Of a stretch of 64,000 nucleotides of DNA, positions 11,346-24,840 are shown in pieces. Under the pieces are notes generated by a model. The model was not told where the DNA came from. It did no database searches and saw nothing but the letters and a program-made list of their open reading frames with translations. Each line of letters begins with the position of its first letter. Positions within the stretch are counted from its first letter, which is position 1. This stretch comes from Okamejei kenojei (lineage: Eukaryota). Made by a program: the position numbers and the translations under genes. The DNA lies in NCBI GenBank assembly GCA_035221665.1, contig CM069145.1, positions 13,020,001 through 13,084,000 of the forward strand, written 5' to 3'.

Positions 11346-12324
11346 CTGAGAAGACATCACAGGATATGTTAGGCTGTTTTGAGGTAATATTGGAAATAGT
11401 AATATATACACAAAGCATGCATTGTACATATATGTTACATAACGCTGGCTTTTCAACAACAGGTCTTTATAGTTTGACTGTTTCTTTCAATTAAATATAT
11501 AAATTTCCACTCCATTATTTAAAGATAACTTTTAGTTATCTATTCTTCTTTCTCCGTTTTGGTCTCTTCGATATCCTTTTGTTTCCTAATGTTTAGCATG
11601 TTTTATTTGTAAAACTTTAGTATTGAAAACAGTGGCAATTTATATTATGTCTTGCATGAACTCATGAAAGACTTCTTACAATCATTAGTTCTGTCCATAT
11701 TGACCTTGTCACTTGCACAGTGGAAGTAGACTATGACTGTATAAATTAGGGAACTAAAAATAGAAACCAGTTAAGTGTTTTCCTAGTAATAATGTAATCC
11801 TTCCATCATTAAATTATGCAACATGTCATAGTCAGAAGCCAGTTGGCATTTGTTCATGGTTGTAAAAATTGCTTCAATTACAGTCGGTTACAATCATGGA
11901 ATCACTAGTGCAGCATGAAAACAGTACCTCCAGTCTACAGTGTCTATGCCGACCATCATGTCTATCTCTGCTAATCCAGCCTGTCCACATTCATTCCGTG
12001 TCCCGCTATGCCTTAGTTATGCAAGTACATCCCTCCTAAATGTCATGACTATTCCTGTCTCCAACAGCTCCTCCAATAGCTCATTCTAAATTACACCTAA
12101 CGTTTGTGTAAACATTTACCCTTCTGATAGAACAATAAGGAGTAGGGAAATCACAGATGTTGCAAGAATAAAAGGGGTGTAATAGTGGGGAATTTAAGCT
12201 ATTCAAAATATTGAAAATATAGGACTACCATGCAATGCTAAGGGCTTGGCTGGGGTGGAATTTGTTAAGTGTATTCAGACAAATGTTCTCAATTATTGCC
12301 TTATTAGAGAAGGGACAAAGTTCA

Positions 12325-12612
12325 ATAGACAATAAACAATAGGTGCAGGAGTAGGCCATTTGGCCCTTTGAGCCAGCACCGCCATTCAATGTGATCATGG
12401 CTGATCATCCCCTATCAGTACCCCGTTCCTGCCTTTTCCCCATATCCCCTGACTCCACTATCTTTAAGAGCCCTATCCAGCTCTCTCTTGAAAGCATCCA
12501 GAGACCTGCCTCCACCGCCCTCTGAGGCAGAGAATTCCACACACTTACAACTCTTTGTGAGAAAAAGTGTTTCCTTGTTTCCATTCTAAATGGCTTACCC
12601 CTTATTCTTCAA
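12325..12612 (-). mobile_element. Younger CR1 3' fragment nested in the older CR1
   Basis: Reverse complement of the CR1 3'UTR (cf. 40840-41152), with a (tattgtc)-like tail at 12325-12342. Confidence 0.8.
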
Positions 12613-13048
12613 CCACTTGGGAAATAAGAGGCCGGCTGATTGAACTGTTAATAGGGGAGCACTTTGGAATCGGTAACCATAATTCCATTAATCTTCAAAT
12701 AATTGTGGAATGGAAAAGACTGGTCCAAAAGTTGAGGTCCCAAAACTGGGCAAGGCCAATTCTGATGGTATTCGCCATAAACTTTCAGAAGTTGATTGGG
12801 AGAGGAGGTTTGCAGATAAAAAAGATACTTCTTGTAATTGGGAGGTTTTAATACATTTTTGAATAGATGAGAAGAGATTGATGAGTAGAGTGTAGTAGAC
12901 ATTGTCTACATGGACTGTAGCAAGGCCTTTGACAAGGTACTACATGGTAGGTGGGCCTGGAAGTTGAGATTATATAAGATCCAGTGCGAGCTAGCCAACT
13001 GGCTACAAAATGGGCTTGAAGGTAGAAGATAGAGGGTGATGGTAGAGG

Positions 13049-13277
13049 TAATAAAAATAAATTGCAGATGCTGGTGTATACCATAGGTAGACATAAAATG
13101 CTGGAGTAACTCCAACTGGCCGGGCAGCTTCTCTGGAGAAAATGGATCAATTACATTTTGTGTTGAGAAACATCAGAGTTTGAAGATGGGACCCAACTCG
13201 AAACACCACATCCATTTTCTCCAGAGATGTTGCCCGGCCAGTTGGAGTTGAGTTGTTCCAGTATTTTGTGTTTATCC
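13049..13277. mobile_element. Penelope-derived foldback element with perfect 13-bp TSD
   Basis: gtgatggtagagg at 13036-13048 and 13278-13290. Inverted arms ~13089-13147 / 13211-13276, with a degenerate hammerhead core at ~13180-13207. Confidence 0.85.
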
Positions 13278-15369
13278 GTGATGGTAGAGGGTTGTTTTTC
13301 AGACTGGTGGCCTGTAATGAGCGGCGTGCCGCAGACATCAGCTCTGGGTCCATGGTTGTTTGGTATTTATATTGACACTTGAGATATGAATGTAAATGAT
13401 CTGTTTATTAAATTTGCATGTGATATAGACCAAAATTGGTGATATAGAAGATAGTGAAGAAGGTTACTCCAAGACTACAATGGGACTGTGATCAAATGGG
13501 CCATTGGGCTGAGCAAAAGCAGACGAAGTTTAATTCAAATCAATGCAAGGTGCTTAAATGTGACAATCTTCACTTTGGTAAACATCGTGGAGGAAATTTT
13601 CAGTACAACTTCCTTACAGGCTAGATTTTCAAGGTGACCACTTCACTTTACTGTTGCTTTAGTTCCATTATCAATAAATATAAAGTGGATGAGTAAAGTG
13701 GGGAATTACAACGTCTGTTTGAAAATAAGAAAACTGTAAGTTATATTTTGCTCATTATTGGAAATTAATTATAAGGTAAAAATGTTAATAATGACGGAGT
13801 ACCAAAGCATTGCCGCAGTAATGAGGAAAAACATCTAACAATGTAAAATACAAAGACTATGTGCAGCTGTTGTTCAGGAAAAGCATTGCATATCAAGGTC
13901 ATTATATACCCTTCCTGAGTGAAGAAATACTTTCATGGCAATATTGAATCTTTTACAATGCAAAAAATTAGCACTCCTAGCTGCAAGCCTGTTATTCAAG
14001 TACTGAGATATGTATGGCAAATAGTTGGAGAACAAATATGAGCAAGCTAAGTCGGGAATATCATAGATACAAGTACCAGCAATAAATCTCTGATAACTGG
14101 CGGTCTCGGGTTCTTGTGTGTGTTGGACTGGCGGGTTTTGCATAAGTTCATATGTTACTTATTTTAATAACCAAATACACTTTAATCTCACTTTCTTTAC
14201 ATGATACACAGTAGGGTAATACATCTGGTGAGTTGAAAAGAAGAGGGAAATAGAACCCTATGTACCTTAAGATTTCTTTCAGCTTGCATGCTTTGACTGG
14301 TCAAAATAGACAAACATTTACAAGCACTCCAGACACCCTGGCTCTAAATCTACTCATGTCCCTGATCCTAGATGATCCCAGCTCTAGAACCCACAGTCCT
14401 GGTACTGACTACTTATCCTGCTGGCACTCTGGAACTTTGGTTCATGATCTGGGATAATGAGTGAGCTAAATGCCGAAGCATTGGGATTTCCAAATAATCA
14501 GATGCCAGGTTATTGGACTTTGGCAGTAGAATGCATTGCTGGAAACAAATGATTATGAAATGTGACATTTCAAGAAAATTGCTTCCAGGTTTTAGGAAAT
14601 GGAAATAGCAAACAAATCACACTGCTATCTCAGATAATGCAAAAATCAGAATTTTTTTGTCATTTGGAGCTGCAGGGCAGATCGACATTTACACAGAAGA
14701 GTACATTGTGCATTGCTGGAATACAGCTAAGCAATTCCTGGCACAAAGGTATCCAGTGCCAAAAGCAAACAACAGAGGAAATGACAACATTGTTGAAATC
14801 AGGGAAACCATCAGACCGAACTGACGCTAGTTCAAGTTAAAGTCAACGCTGGCAAACATTTTAGCACTTCAACCTTTGTCGCTGTTAGCTTCAAGAAAAG
14901 GATCCTTATCCTTCGAGCACACAAGTGAATTGAACCACTGCAGTTCTAAACTGCAGAGAACCAAAACTCTAACTGTTTTGTTGAGCACGATTAAATAATC
15001 GAGTAGGAAGGATATTTGTAATGCAGAAGATCATGCCACAATTGAGTAGACTGAGAAAAAGTTAATAATACAAGCAAAGACATTTCTACTGCTGCTAGTC
15101 ATTTGTCTCCAGGCTTCTTGACATACTTTGATCACTCTGCTTTCAATCATCTGTAGCTGATTTGTGTCTCAATGTTAGAGTTAAAATACTGTTAGTTCTG
15201 AGGAAGTGTCTGGTCTTCCATTATGCTATCCCACAGCAATGCAGCTGCAGCATGCATTCACAAGTCGGGGGGAGAGGCAGTGCTAAACACAAATTGTTTT
15301 TTTAATGCTTTCAGCATTGGTATGAATTGCCGATAAGTTAAACCCAACATTGCTGGTTAAATCTTTACA

Positions 15370-16015
15370 GCTGCTCAAAAAGGCTTTTAGCACTTTGGCC
15401 TTCATCAGTCAGAGTATTGAGTACAGAAGTTGGGAGGTCATGTTGCAGTTGTATAAGACGTTGGTGAGACCGCATTTAGAATATTGTGTTCAGTTCTGGG
15501 CACCATGTTATAGGAAAGATATTGTCAAGCTTGAAAGGGTTCAGAAAAGATTTACGTGGATGTTGCCAGGACTAGAGGGTTTGAGCTATAGGGAGAGGTT
15601 GAGTAGGCTGGGTCTCTGGAGTGCAGGGGGATGAGGGGAGATCTTATAGTGGTATACAAAATCATGAGTTGAATAGATTTGATAGGTGCACAGAGTCTTT
15701 TACCCAGAGTTGGGAAATCAAGGACCAGAGGACATGAGTTTAAGGTGAATGGGAAAAGATTTAATAGGAATCCGAGAGGTAACTTTTTCACACAGAGGGT
15801 GGTGGGTGTATGGATCAAGTTGCCAGAGGAGGTCGTTGAGGCTGGGACTATCCCATCATTTAAGAAATAGTTGGACAGGTACATGGATAGGACAGGTTTG
15901 GAGGGTTATGGACCAAGTGCAGGCAAGTGGGACTGGGGTAGCTGGGACATTGTTGGCCAGTGTGGGTGAGTTGGGCTGAGGGCATTTTCCACACTGTTTT
16001 TATCTCTATGCTTTT
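15370..16015 (+). mobile_element. CR1-type LINE 3' fragment
   Basis: ORFs read LYKTLVRPHLEYCVQFWAP and FFTQRVVGVW; frameshifted. Confidence 0.9.
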
Positions 16016-16525
16016 GGTTTTCATGATTTCCATGCTTCATTTGCATGTACTTATGCAATTAAAATGCCCATGTTGTCTACAATGGATTAATAGGTAAATT
16101 TTGACCTGAGAATATGAACTTAATATCTACTTAATTTCTATTAAAATGAAATCTCTTGCTGGGCAACAGGAAAAGCTGTGTTTTCTTGGGTAGTTTCATG
16201 ACCAATTTCCATTCTGAGCAAAAATGTAGATTGATGAATGTTTTCTAATGCACTGCAGATATATTTCACTATTAGTGTCATAATTTATCCTAATTAAGAA
16301 GCAAAAACTTCAAAGGCTGGAAATCCAAATAAAAGAAAATTGATAATTCTGTAAATACTCTGTACAACAGACAGCTTCTGTGGGGAGAGAGGTATAATTA
16401 AAATTACAGGCCAATGATCTTTCATCAAAACTGAGAAGAGTCAGTGGACAGCACAGCCTGTATTTCGACCCAATTAGTTACAATCCATCAATAGATGCAA
16501 TGTGGGGGAAATTTGATTTTACTTA

Positions 16526-16651
<126 letters not shown>

Positions 16652-19429
16652 TTACTATATTGCCATCATGGACAATGTAAGATTTCTGAAAATATCAAGA
16701 GAAATAGGTATAACAGATTATTTGGGTCAACATTATAACACTAGATTGGAGAAAATATTTTGTTTTGCCGAGAAGCAAAGATGGTTGAGATAAGATTTGA
16801 CAGGTATAGAGAAGCATGATGGTTCAGATGGGGTAAGTTGAGGGAAGTTGTTCCCACTAGGAGATGACTCAAGGGCAACTCCCATTAATATGGTGAAGGG
16901 CAAAAGTTACAGGGTGGGGTGTTTGGATTTTTTTTTCATAAACAGAGCAGTGATGAGTCCAGAACCACTGCCTAAAGAGTGGTGACATAGTTAAATAGAG
17001 CTTTCAAAGGGAAACTTGGTAGGTACTTGAAGACTAATTGAACTGTTCTACAGAAAAGCCCCCCAGTAAATATTCATTGAGTGCAGTACTGATTCCAGTC
17101 TATAACCCATTATTGATGGTCTTTGTAGAAAGAGGAATTGTGCACTAGAGTTGTTACATTTCCTCCAATTTATGTCATGGGTTCTAGCCAAGCAAACAAG
17201 GGGCTTTGATTCAAGATCAGACACATGACAGTACTCACAATATACCTTCTTGCTATCGCTGTGATGTGACCCTTTGAATTATCTGCAATGTAGTAAATCA
17301 GAGAGCGTATGACCAAATGAGCTGAGTTGTTGCCTTAAATGTTTATGTATCATTGTTTGTGAGAACTGAATCCAAAGTTAGAAAATTATTTAACACAAGA
17401 CTGAACAATTATTCACACTATTTTTGTTTTGAGTGTTGTCAGGATCCAACGACTTTCAACCACATAGCCACTATTTTTCTGTTCCTATGTATTTTACATG
17501 CCATATACTGAAATCCCTGCATGAATGAGAATTTTTCTCACTGTTCTGCGTGACAGCAGTTGAACAGGTGGAATAACATGGAAATCTGTACTTTTTGTGG
17601 CCCAATACAGTTTGCAGGAATTGCCACCATGGCAGACAATGGGACAAAGCCACCCAACTGCATGTGTGATTCCTGCAATTGACACAGCAGTTCTGGAGTG
17701 TAGAAACACCCGGTGAATGTTAAGACTCAGTTGATGTGTCACCTTGAAAATGCTTCATCTATTTCCCTGATTGCGTGGAAGATGGTGCAATGTGACATAA
17801 TTGGTGTCACTAAAATGAAACAGCTGTTATTCAATATGGCAACTCCTCCAGACTCTAACACCAACCCACTCCAATGCCTACAAGGATACTAGAAAATATA
17901 CAAGCTGTGGCATACCAAGCAATAGCAGAAATGCTGCAAAAAGTACATCCTGGCTGCCATTCCAAACTCCAGACGCATCCACAGATCCATAACTGCTAGA
18001 TACTGCAATATATGGTGCCACTACAGTTCTTCCTATTGAATTCTGTGTTCTTGGCAAAAAATGGGAGCAAATTTCAGCAGCAGCTTTGTGAGTTTTTTTT
18101 TAAGACTGACGGGATTTGAAGCTGAAAAGATCCATGCAGGTTGGGCAGGTTAACTCACAAAGGTCTGTAAGAGGTATCTCTTGCAGATGAGCAAAAAGGA
18201 GTTCTCTAGTTGCCAGCAAAGGATTTACTCTTGTACTCTCCCCATGTCGCTAAGATTTGCACAGTGATCCTCTTGATGTACACCTTTAAATATCTGTAAT
18301 GGTGACTCTTGGCAGAGAGAATATTAGCACAGCACATAATAATACCATCAGAATGTACTATAGAGATGGTTAGGTCCATCCAGCTGCCTAATATATTTCT
18401 TCTGCACATCAATAGTGCACTCAACAATAACCCTGTTTAATTTGCAGAGTATATTTATACAAAGTAAATATTTAGCGGAATATGAGGAAACTATTGAATG
18501 GTGATAAGTTATGGTTTCAAATTATGTTGAATTACTCAGCTGGCACTCAGAAATGTGATTTTCAGCTTTACCCCTAATGGGAGGATACAGCTTTAAGGTT
18601 AAGGGAAAATTACTTGTGTGAAAGGAAGTGTTTAAAAACTTTGTGATATTGAAGATCACAGGTATGCTGTACAATCAGAAAATTGAGTTATCTATAATTA
18701 TTTCATGTGGTAGACTGTGTAATGGTGCATATTGGACAATGCATCTGTACCAAGAGCCTTTCACATTGTTGGTAGTCTGGATCAATGGATAGGATTATTC
18801 ACCATAATCAAACAAGTAAAGCACCTATAAGTTGCTTCATTCATTTTTCTGCTCTGCACTGCTCATTGTTCAGCATTACACCTGAACGCATAAAGTGATG
18901 AAGAGGTGCATGGCTTACGGTGAAATTGTATTGTATGTTGAAAGATTGCACAGCTCTGATGTCTTCATTTGTGAATCAAAGCCTATATAAGCACAGGCCC
19001 TCAGAGAAGAAGCACGTGTCTCCCGTCTGTAAGAGGGATGCTGGATGTGGATGGCAATTATCCCTGATGTAGTTAAGGTGGATGGCATCCCCACCATCAA
19101 AAATGGTGCAAATAGTCTTGCACCATTTCAAATCATAGACAGAGAACTGCATCAAGGGGGAATCTACTCTTCGTTCTTATTTACAACCAGGTTCCTCCAC
19201 TTTATATCCAATAGTTTGTATTTTCCTCAGGTAGAACCTGGGCTCTCAATTAATAACTTCCTCAAAGATTGAGTTATGGGTTCAAATCGAATGACAATGG
19301 ACAGACTTTTATTTGCAGACTTCAATGCTGCTCTGTTCTGAATGAAAGAAAACTCATGCTGATGCACGGAATATCAAGCTAGTCTTGACCAGTTTCTGAG
19401 TGTGTTCTGCTTGATGATCCTAATATAAT

Positions 19430-19862
19430 GATAGACTCGGCTTGTACTCGCTGGAATTTAGAAGATTGAGGGGGGATCTTATAGAGATTTACAAAATTCT
19501 TAAGGGGTTGGACAGGCTGGATGCAGGAAGATTGTTCCCGATGTTGGGGAACTCCAGAACAAGGGGTCACAGTTTAAGGATAAGGGGGAAGTCTTTTAGG
19601 ACCGAGATGAACAAATCATTTTTCACACAGAGAGTGGTGAGTCTCTGGAACTCTCTGCCACAGAAGGTAGTTGAGGCCAGTTCACTGGTTATATTTAAGA
19701 GGGAGTTTGATGTGGCCCTTGTGGCTAAAGGGATCAGTGGGTATGGAGAGAAGGCAGATACAGGATACTGAGTTGGATGATCAGCCATGATCATATTGAA
19801 TGGTGGTGCAGGCTCGAAGGGCCGAATGGCCTACTCCTGCACCTATTTTCTATGTTTCTATG
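19430..19862 (+). mobile_element. CR1-type LINE 3' fragment, young
   Basis: YSLEFRRLRGDLIE...FFTQRVVSLWNSLP, plus 3'UTR and (TTTCTATG)2 tail. Confidence 0.92.
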
Positions 19863-20472
19863 TAACATCAGCAAGATGTTAATGTATGCTCATAACTAGA
19901 CTCTAATGTTTCAGCTAGTGCAGCTAGGAGACACTGCTTTCTTACAACTTAAGTTGTTTGTTGAAGTCTGGTAATGCCATATTGGCAGCTGCATGTTATC
20001 ACTTGTTAGCAATGAAGTACTTAATTGGATATGAATGACTTCCTGAGAGCATAAAAGGTCCTGTATGAACTAAAACTTTCTTATGGAGAAAAACAGGTGG
20101 GTAAATTCAGATGCTCTTTCCTCAGAATAGCAATATTAAGCGTTTAGTGTAATCTTTGAGAGTTGAGATTTTCGTTACAAAGTGAAGTAATTCAGAATTC
20201 CAAAGAAAGGTCGTAGACCTGAAACCTTAACACTGCTTTTATTTCTACAAATGTTGCCTGACCGGCTAAGCGTCTCCATATTTTCCCTGTTCTCATTTCA
20301 CAATTTCAGCATCTCGTTATTTTTCTCATGGACCATTTTATTTTTCTTTATCAGTTTCAACCTCTGATCCACAATGGTACTGCCCCACAATAGGAGCAGC
20401 AATCTAGTTTCTAATCTGTCTCCTTACCAAAAATAAAAAAAATACTGTGTCATGTAAACGTTGAATCTCACA

Positions 20473-20858
20473 TACCTCATTGAAATGTACAGAATATTGA
20501 AAGGCTTGGATGGAGTGGACGTGGAGAGTTTGTGTCCACTAGCGGGAGAGTCTACGACTAGAGGTCATAGCCTCAGAATTGAAGGACGTTCTTTTAGGAA
20601 GGAAATGAAGAGGAATTTATTTAGTTAGAGGGTGGTGAATCTGTGGAATTCTTTGCCACAGAATGCTGTGGAGGCAAAGTCAGTGGATATATTTAAGGCA
20701 GAGATAGATAGATTCTTGATTAGTATGGGTGTCAGGAGTTATGGGGAGAAGGCAGGAGAATGGGGTTAGGAGGGAGAGATAGATCAGCCATGATTGAATG
20801 GCAGAGTAGACTTGATGGGCCGAATGCCCTAATTCTACTCCTATCACATGAACTTATG
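20473..20858 (+). mobile_element. CR1-type LINE 3' fragment
   Basis: acctcattgaa...gagggtggtgaatctgtggaattc...gggccgaatg, with CTTATG-type tail. Confidence 0.88.
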
Positions 20859-21054
20859 TAAGTTGGAGAAAAGGCATCACAAGAAAGGGTCTCATTTGGT
20901 TTCCTAGCGTAATTACTAATGCAGCAAGTATCATCAGATACCAGTCAGAAATGGGAAAATCAGTTGCTTTTCTCCCCCCACTAAGTTTTAATATAGCAAA
21001 ACATGGCACAGCACAGCACAGTTCCAGAAATGGCAATCAGATGAAGAAGTAGAT

Positions 21055-21285
21055 AATTCTATCTTCAAATAGTCCTTGCATTCCCTCTATCCATCCCCTC
21101 CCCCTTCCAAGTTCTCGCACTAGTCTCACTGTCTCCGACTACATTCTTTCTCTCTCCCGCCTACTCCCCTGACATCAGACTGAAGAAGTGTCTTGACCTG
21201 AAACGTCACCCATTCCTTCTCTCCAGTGAGAAGGAATGGGTGCCTCACCCGCTGAGTTACTCCATAACTTTGTGTCTTCCTTTGA
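21055..21285 (+). mobile_element. Penelope 3' end/terminal repeat with hammerhead-like core
   Basis: Reverse complement of 58560-58760; CTGAAGA at 21180 and GAAACGTC at 21200. Confidence 0.75.
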
Positions 21286-22233
21286 TTTACAAAAGAAGTA
21301 AATAATCTGCCTTTGTTAAAATAATATTTATTGATGGATAAATATTTGCCAGGACATCTGTAGGTCAAGGTTGGTAAATTCACTGTTGTCCATCGATCAA
21401 ATCAGGCACTTAAAAAAAATCCATATTTGGAATTGAATTGACTCAAATCCATTTAGGGGGCCTAGATAATGTTAATTAATCAAAAATTTACCAGCCTTGT
21501 CTTTTTTTTCTCTCTCTTCCTGATTTACAGGTTTTCTGTGCTTTATGTTCAGATTTCTTTTATGCTGGATCATTGATATACGGTGAAAATACACATTTCA
21601 ATGTGTCTTAAATAAGACAATGCAAACACTGAAAACATAGTAGGCGTTAAATTTTCATGCTAGAATGTGTTGGACTACTGGGACAGGAAAGATGATCAAA
21701 TGTTAAATGTATGAGTCATTCAGAGAAGTGAGGTTTGATCGACCAAGCTGTTCAAAGGGAGAAAGTTGGCAATTTAAATACTGTAATAAAGATGCATGCC
21801 TCATATTTAATAGAATCACAGATCATGAAAACTGACCTTTTAGCTGACCAGGTATTATCCATTCTAACTTGAATAGAATTATCCATCCTAGCTGGAATAG
21901 AAATATTAATTCTAACTTGTGCCAGTTCTTTGGTGCCAATTGAAAAGCTGGCGTTTTGAAGGAAGTGGTTATTTTTCTGCTTACCTGCTGGGTCCATTAT
22001 ATCTGCTTCAAAGCCTCCACGAGATGATGCGACCTGACTGTTGCTATTCCTCCCCAAACCCTCTCATCTCTTTGACCCTTCTGGTTCCATCCCTCTCCTC
22101 TGTTTCTGACATATCCTCAATCTTCACAGCCCAAATCTAATGATCTAATTCCCTAATCCTATGGGAATTTTTTTATCTTTCAAGCTGTTCAAACAGTTTC
22201 AATCTTGTCCAGGTTTGTCAATCTGTGAATCTT

Positions 22234-22730
22234 GACAGCAAAGGCCTCACCTACTTATGGCAGACTGTATTATTTGTCTACCATAAAACTACTGTGAGAT
22301 CTGTGATCTGTGTCTATAACTTAGCTGCAATCCACTACCCTTTGTGTTCTCCACAAGGTCTCTCAGGCCTTCAAAATGATTAAGCAGTTCATGCTGATCT
22401 ATGGTTTTCTCAAGAGGTCACATTTGCTCGTCTATTTCTTGCAACTTAGCTCACATTCTGCTTCATTGGCTTCTTCTCCCGACTCTGAATATTGTTCTCT
22501 GCCCCTCTCGCCCAACAGCTCACCATGTTCTAGGCTGCAGTCATTCCTCTTCCCTTTCCATTTCTCTTCTAAAACATTTATCTACTCAATATCCTACATG
22601 GGATCAGTTTCCATATATAAACCTGGCACTAGCCATCTCTCCCCCAACATCTTCGACAACTCCATACCTGACTTTTTGCTTGAAATGAGAGGTGATGACA
22701 GTGAGAACCTTCTCTATTCAAAACAGTTTT
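22234..22730 (+). repeat. Local direct duplication, copy 1 (copy 2 at 24062-24378)
   Basis: About 270 bp align at high identity; copy 1 has ~185 bp extra (22502-22685). Confidence 0.9.
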
Positions 22731-22854
22731 TATCTTTCAAGCTATTCAAACTCCTCTCTCCTCAACGTCTAGATCCTTATGATTCCCCCTACTTTTTCTG
22801 ATGGGTCCCTGAGTTTTCCAAGAGCTTCCTTGAATCTTCTGATCTGCTATCAGA

Positions 22855-23000
22855 AGGTTTAAGAAACATTTAGGCAGATACATGGCTAGGATAGGTTTAT
22901 TGGGATATGGGCCAAATGCAGGCAGGTGGGACAAGCATAAATGGAGCATGTTGGGTAGGTTAGGCAGAAGGGCCTGTTTCCACTCTGTACGACTGACTCT
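22855..23000 (+). mobile_element. CR1 3'UTR fragment
   Basis: ggcagatacatgg...gggatatgggccaaatgcaggcaggtgggac...gggcctgtttcc. Confidence 0.75.
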
Positions 23001-24061
23001 ACTATCTAATCCGCTGAGATACTCCAACCTGTTGTGTTTATCTAACTCCTCTGTTCTTCTTCCTTAGTCCTCTTAGACCATGCTGACCTTTCTGGACCTC
23101 TGTCCCTTCTAATTCCAGTGCCTATCCTCATGAGATCTTTATTCCATTCCCCTCACTCTTCTCCATTCCTTACCTGTAAACAGATGCTGAATGCCTCGCT
23201 GAGCATTGGCCAACCAACCTCTAAATCTGGCTGGCATTGATTTTAGATTCTGTCAACATGAAAACAAAATGGTAAAGGATGCTCCTGTCCTGTCATTAAA
23301 GTCAGAAAAGTCTGGGAAAGAAACCCGTTTCTCCAAGATTCCTGATCTCTAACAGTGACTCACTCAGTTAAATGTTGAGCATTTAAACCCTGCCTTTAAG
23401 ATATTATTCAGCACATATGGTTTGAACAAAGCAATTTTATTGTGTTCTATTTGTTATTATCATAATTAAGCATAGGTATGCCAATTGTTTTTTTGTCTGG
23501 AAAACACAGAGCTTAATTCTGTCATTGGCTTTGCACGCAATCTGAAATGCAATGGCCTATTTGTTTTCTACAGTGAACACATGGATTTACAATGATAGCA
23601 AACCTGGACAACAACTGTATTCCTAGTTTTTAATGTAAATAGTAGCTGTCACTTTAGGACATTAAAATCAAACCTTTCAGTGTTTATGTGGTGTTTCGAT
23701 CAGTAATGGACAATGTTGGCGTTGGGGAAGGGACAGCAAGTTCAATCAACCCTGTCTGCAGTGGTGGATTATCTAACAAAAGAATTGTGGGGCAGGGTGG
23801 AATCTCTTCAGAAACCCAGAAGCAGAATTGTGGAACTGCTGCCACCTCCTGTGGTTGGTTTGATATCTGTAATTCCTCCTGCACAACTTTGCAGCCACAG
23901 GTACAGGAGGGGAGGAATAGTAATGAATATGTGCCATGTTGTGAATGAATCTGGAGATGCAGAAAAATGTGTTGAGATCTTGTCGCACCCTCTTCCAATT
24001 TCAATAAGCGAGTGCTGGTAGTCTTGAACTTTGATGATTGCCCCAGCACACCCATCCTTTG

Positions 24062-24378
24062 GACAGCAATAGCCTCACCTACGTATGGCGAACTGTATTA
24101 TTTGCCTACCATCAAAACTACTGTGAGATCTGTGATCTGTGTCTATGACCTAACTGCAATCCACTGCATTTTGTGTTCTCCACAAAGTCTCTCAGGCCTT
24201 CAGAATGATTAAGCAGTTCATGCTGATCTATGGTTTTCTCAAGAGGTCACATTTGCTTCCGGTCTATTTCTTGCAGCCTAGCTCACATTCTGCTTCATTG
24301 GCTTCTTCTCCTGTCTCTGACTATTGTTCTCTGTATTGAGAGGTGATGACAGTCAGAACCTTCTCCATTCAACATGTT
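24062..24378 (+). repeat. Local direct duplication, copy 2
   Basis: Shared blocks, e.g. atgattaagcagttcatgctgatctatggttttctcaagaggtcacatttgct. Confidence 0.9.
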
Positions 24379-24548
24379 TAATTCCTGAGCTATAGTTGTC
24401 CTTCCCTTTCAGACGGTCTCCTTTACCAATATCCCCCATCGCTGTTCTCACTGGCCATGCATGATGCACTAACTTATATTTTTGGACCTGAGATGAGCTT
24501 AAAATTTTGCATCAATCTCAGAGTAAACCCATCTTCCCCTCCCTAATA

Positions 24549-24840
24549 TAGACACAAAAAGCTGGAATAATTCAGCGGGTCAGGGCAGCACCTCTGGAGA
24601 AAAGGAACAGGTGACGTTTTGGTTCGAGACCCTTCCTCAGACTGTCAGGGGAAAAGTCTGGGCGAGAAAACCATTCTTCTAAGATTCCTGATCTCACAGA
24701 CTCTCAGTCTGAAGAAGGGTCTCGACCTGAAACGTCACCTATTCCCTTTCTCCAGAGATGCTGCCTGTCCTGCTGAGTTACTCCCGCTTTTTGTGCCTTT
24801 CTTCAGCCTAAACCAGCATCTGTAGTTGCTTCCTACACAT
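24549..24840. mobile_element. Penelope-derived foldback element with hammerhead cores on both strands
   Basis: Arms at 24549-24644 and 24706-24805. + core CTGAAGA..GAAACGTC at 24709-24736; - core at 24613-24640 is mutated (AAAAC). Confidence 0.85.

Larger units (their letters stand above)
12125..13560 (+). mobile_element. Old degraded CR1 ORF2 fragment carrying two younger insertions
   Basis: RT remnants (gtagacattgtctacatggactgtagcaaggcctttgacaaggtac = VDIVYMDCSKAFDKV), interrupted at ~12325-12612 and 13049-13277. Confidence 0.75.
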
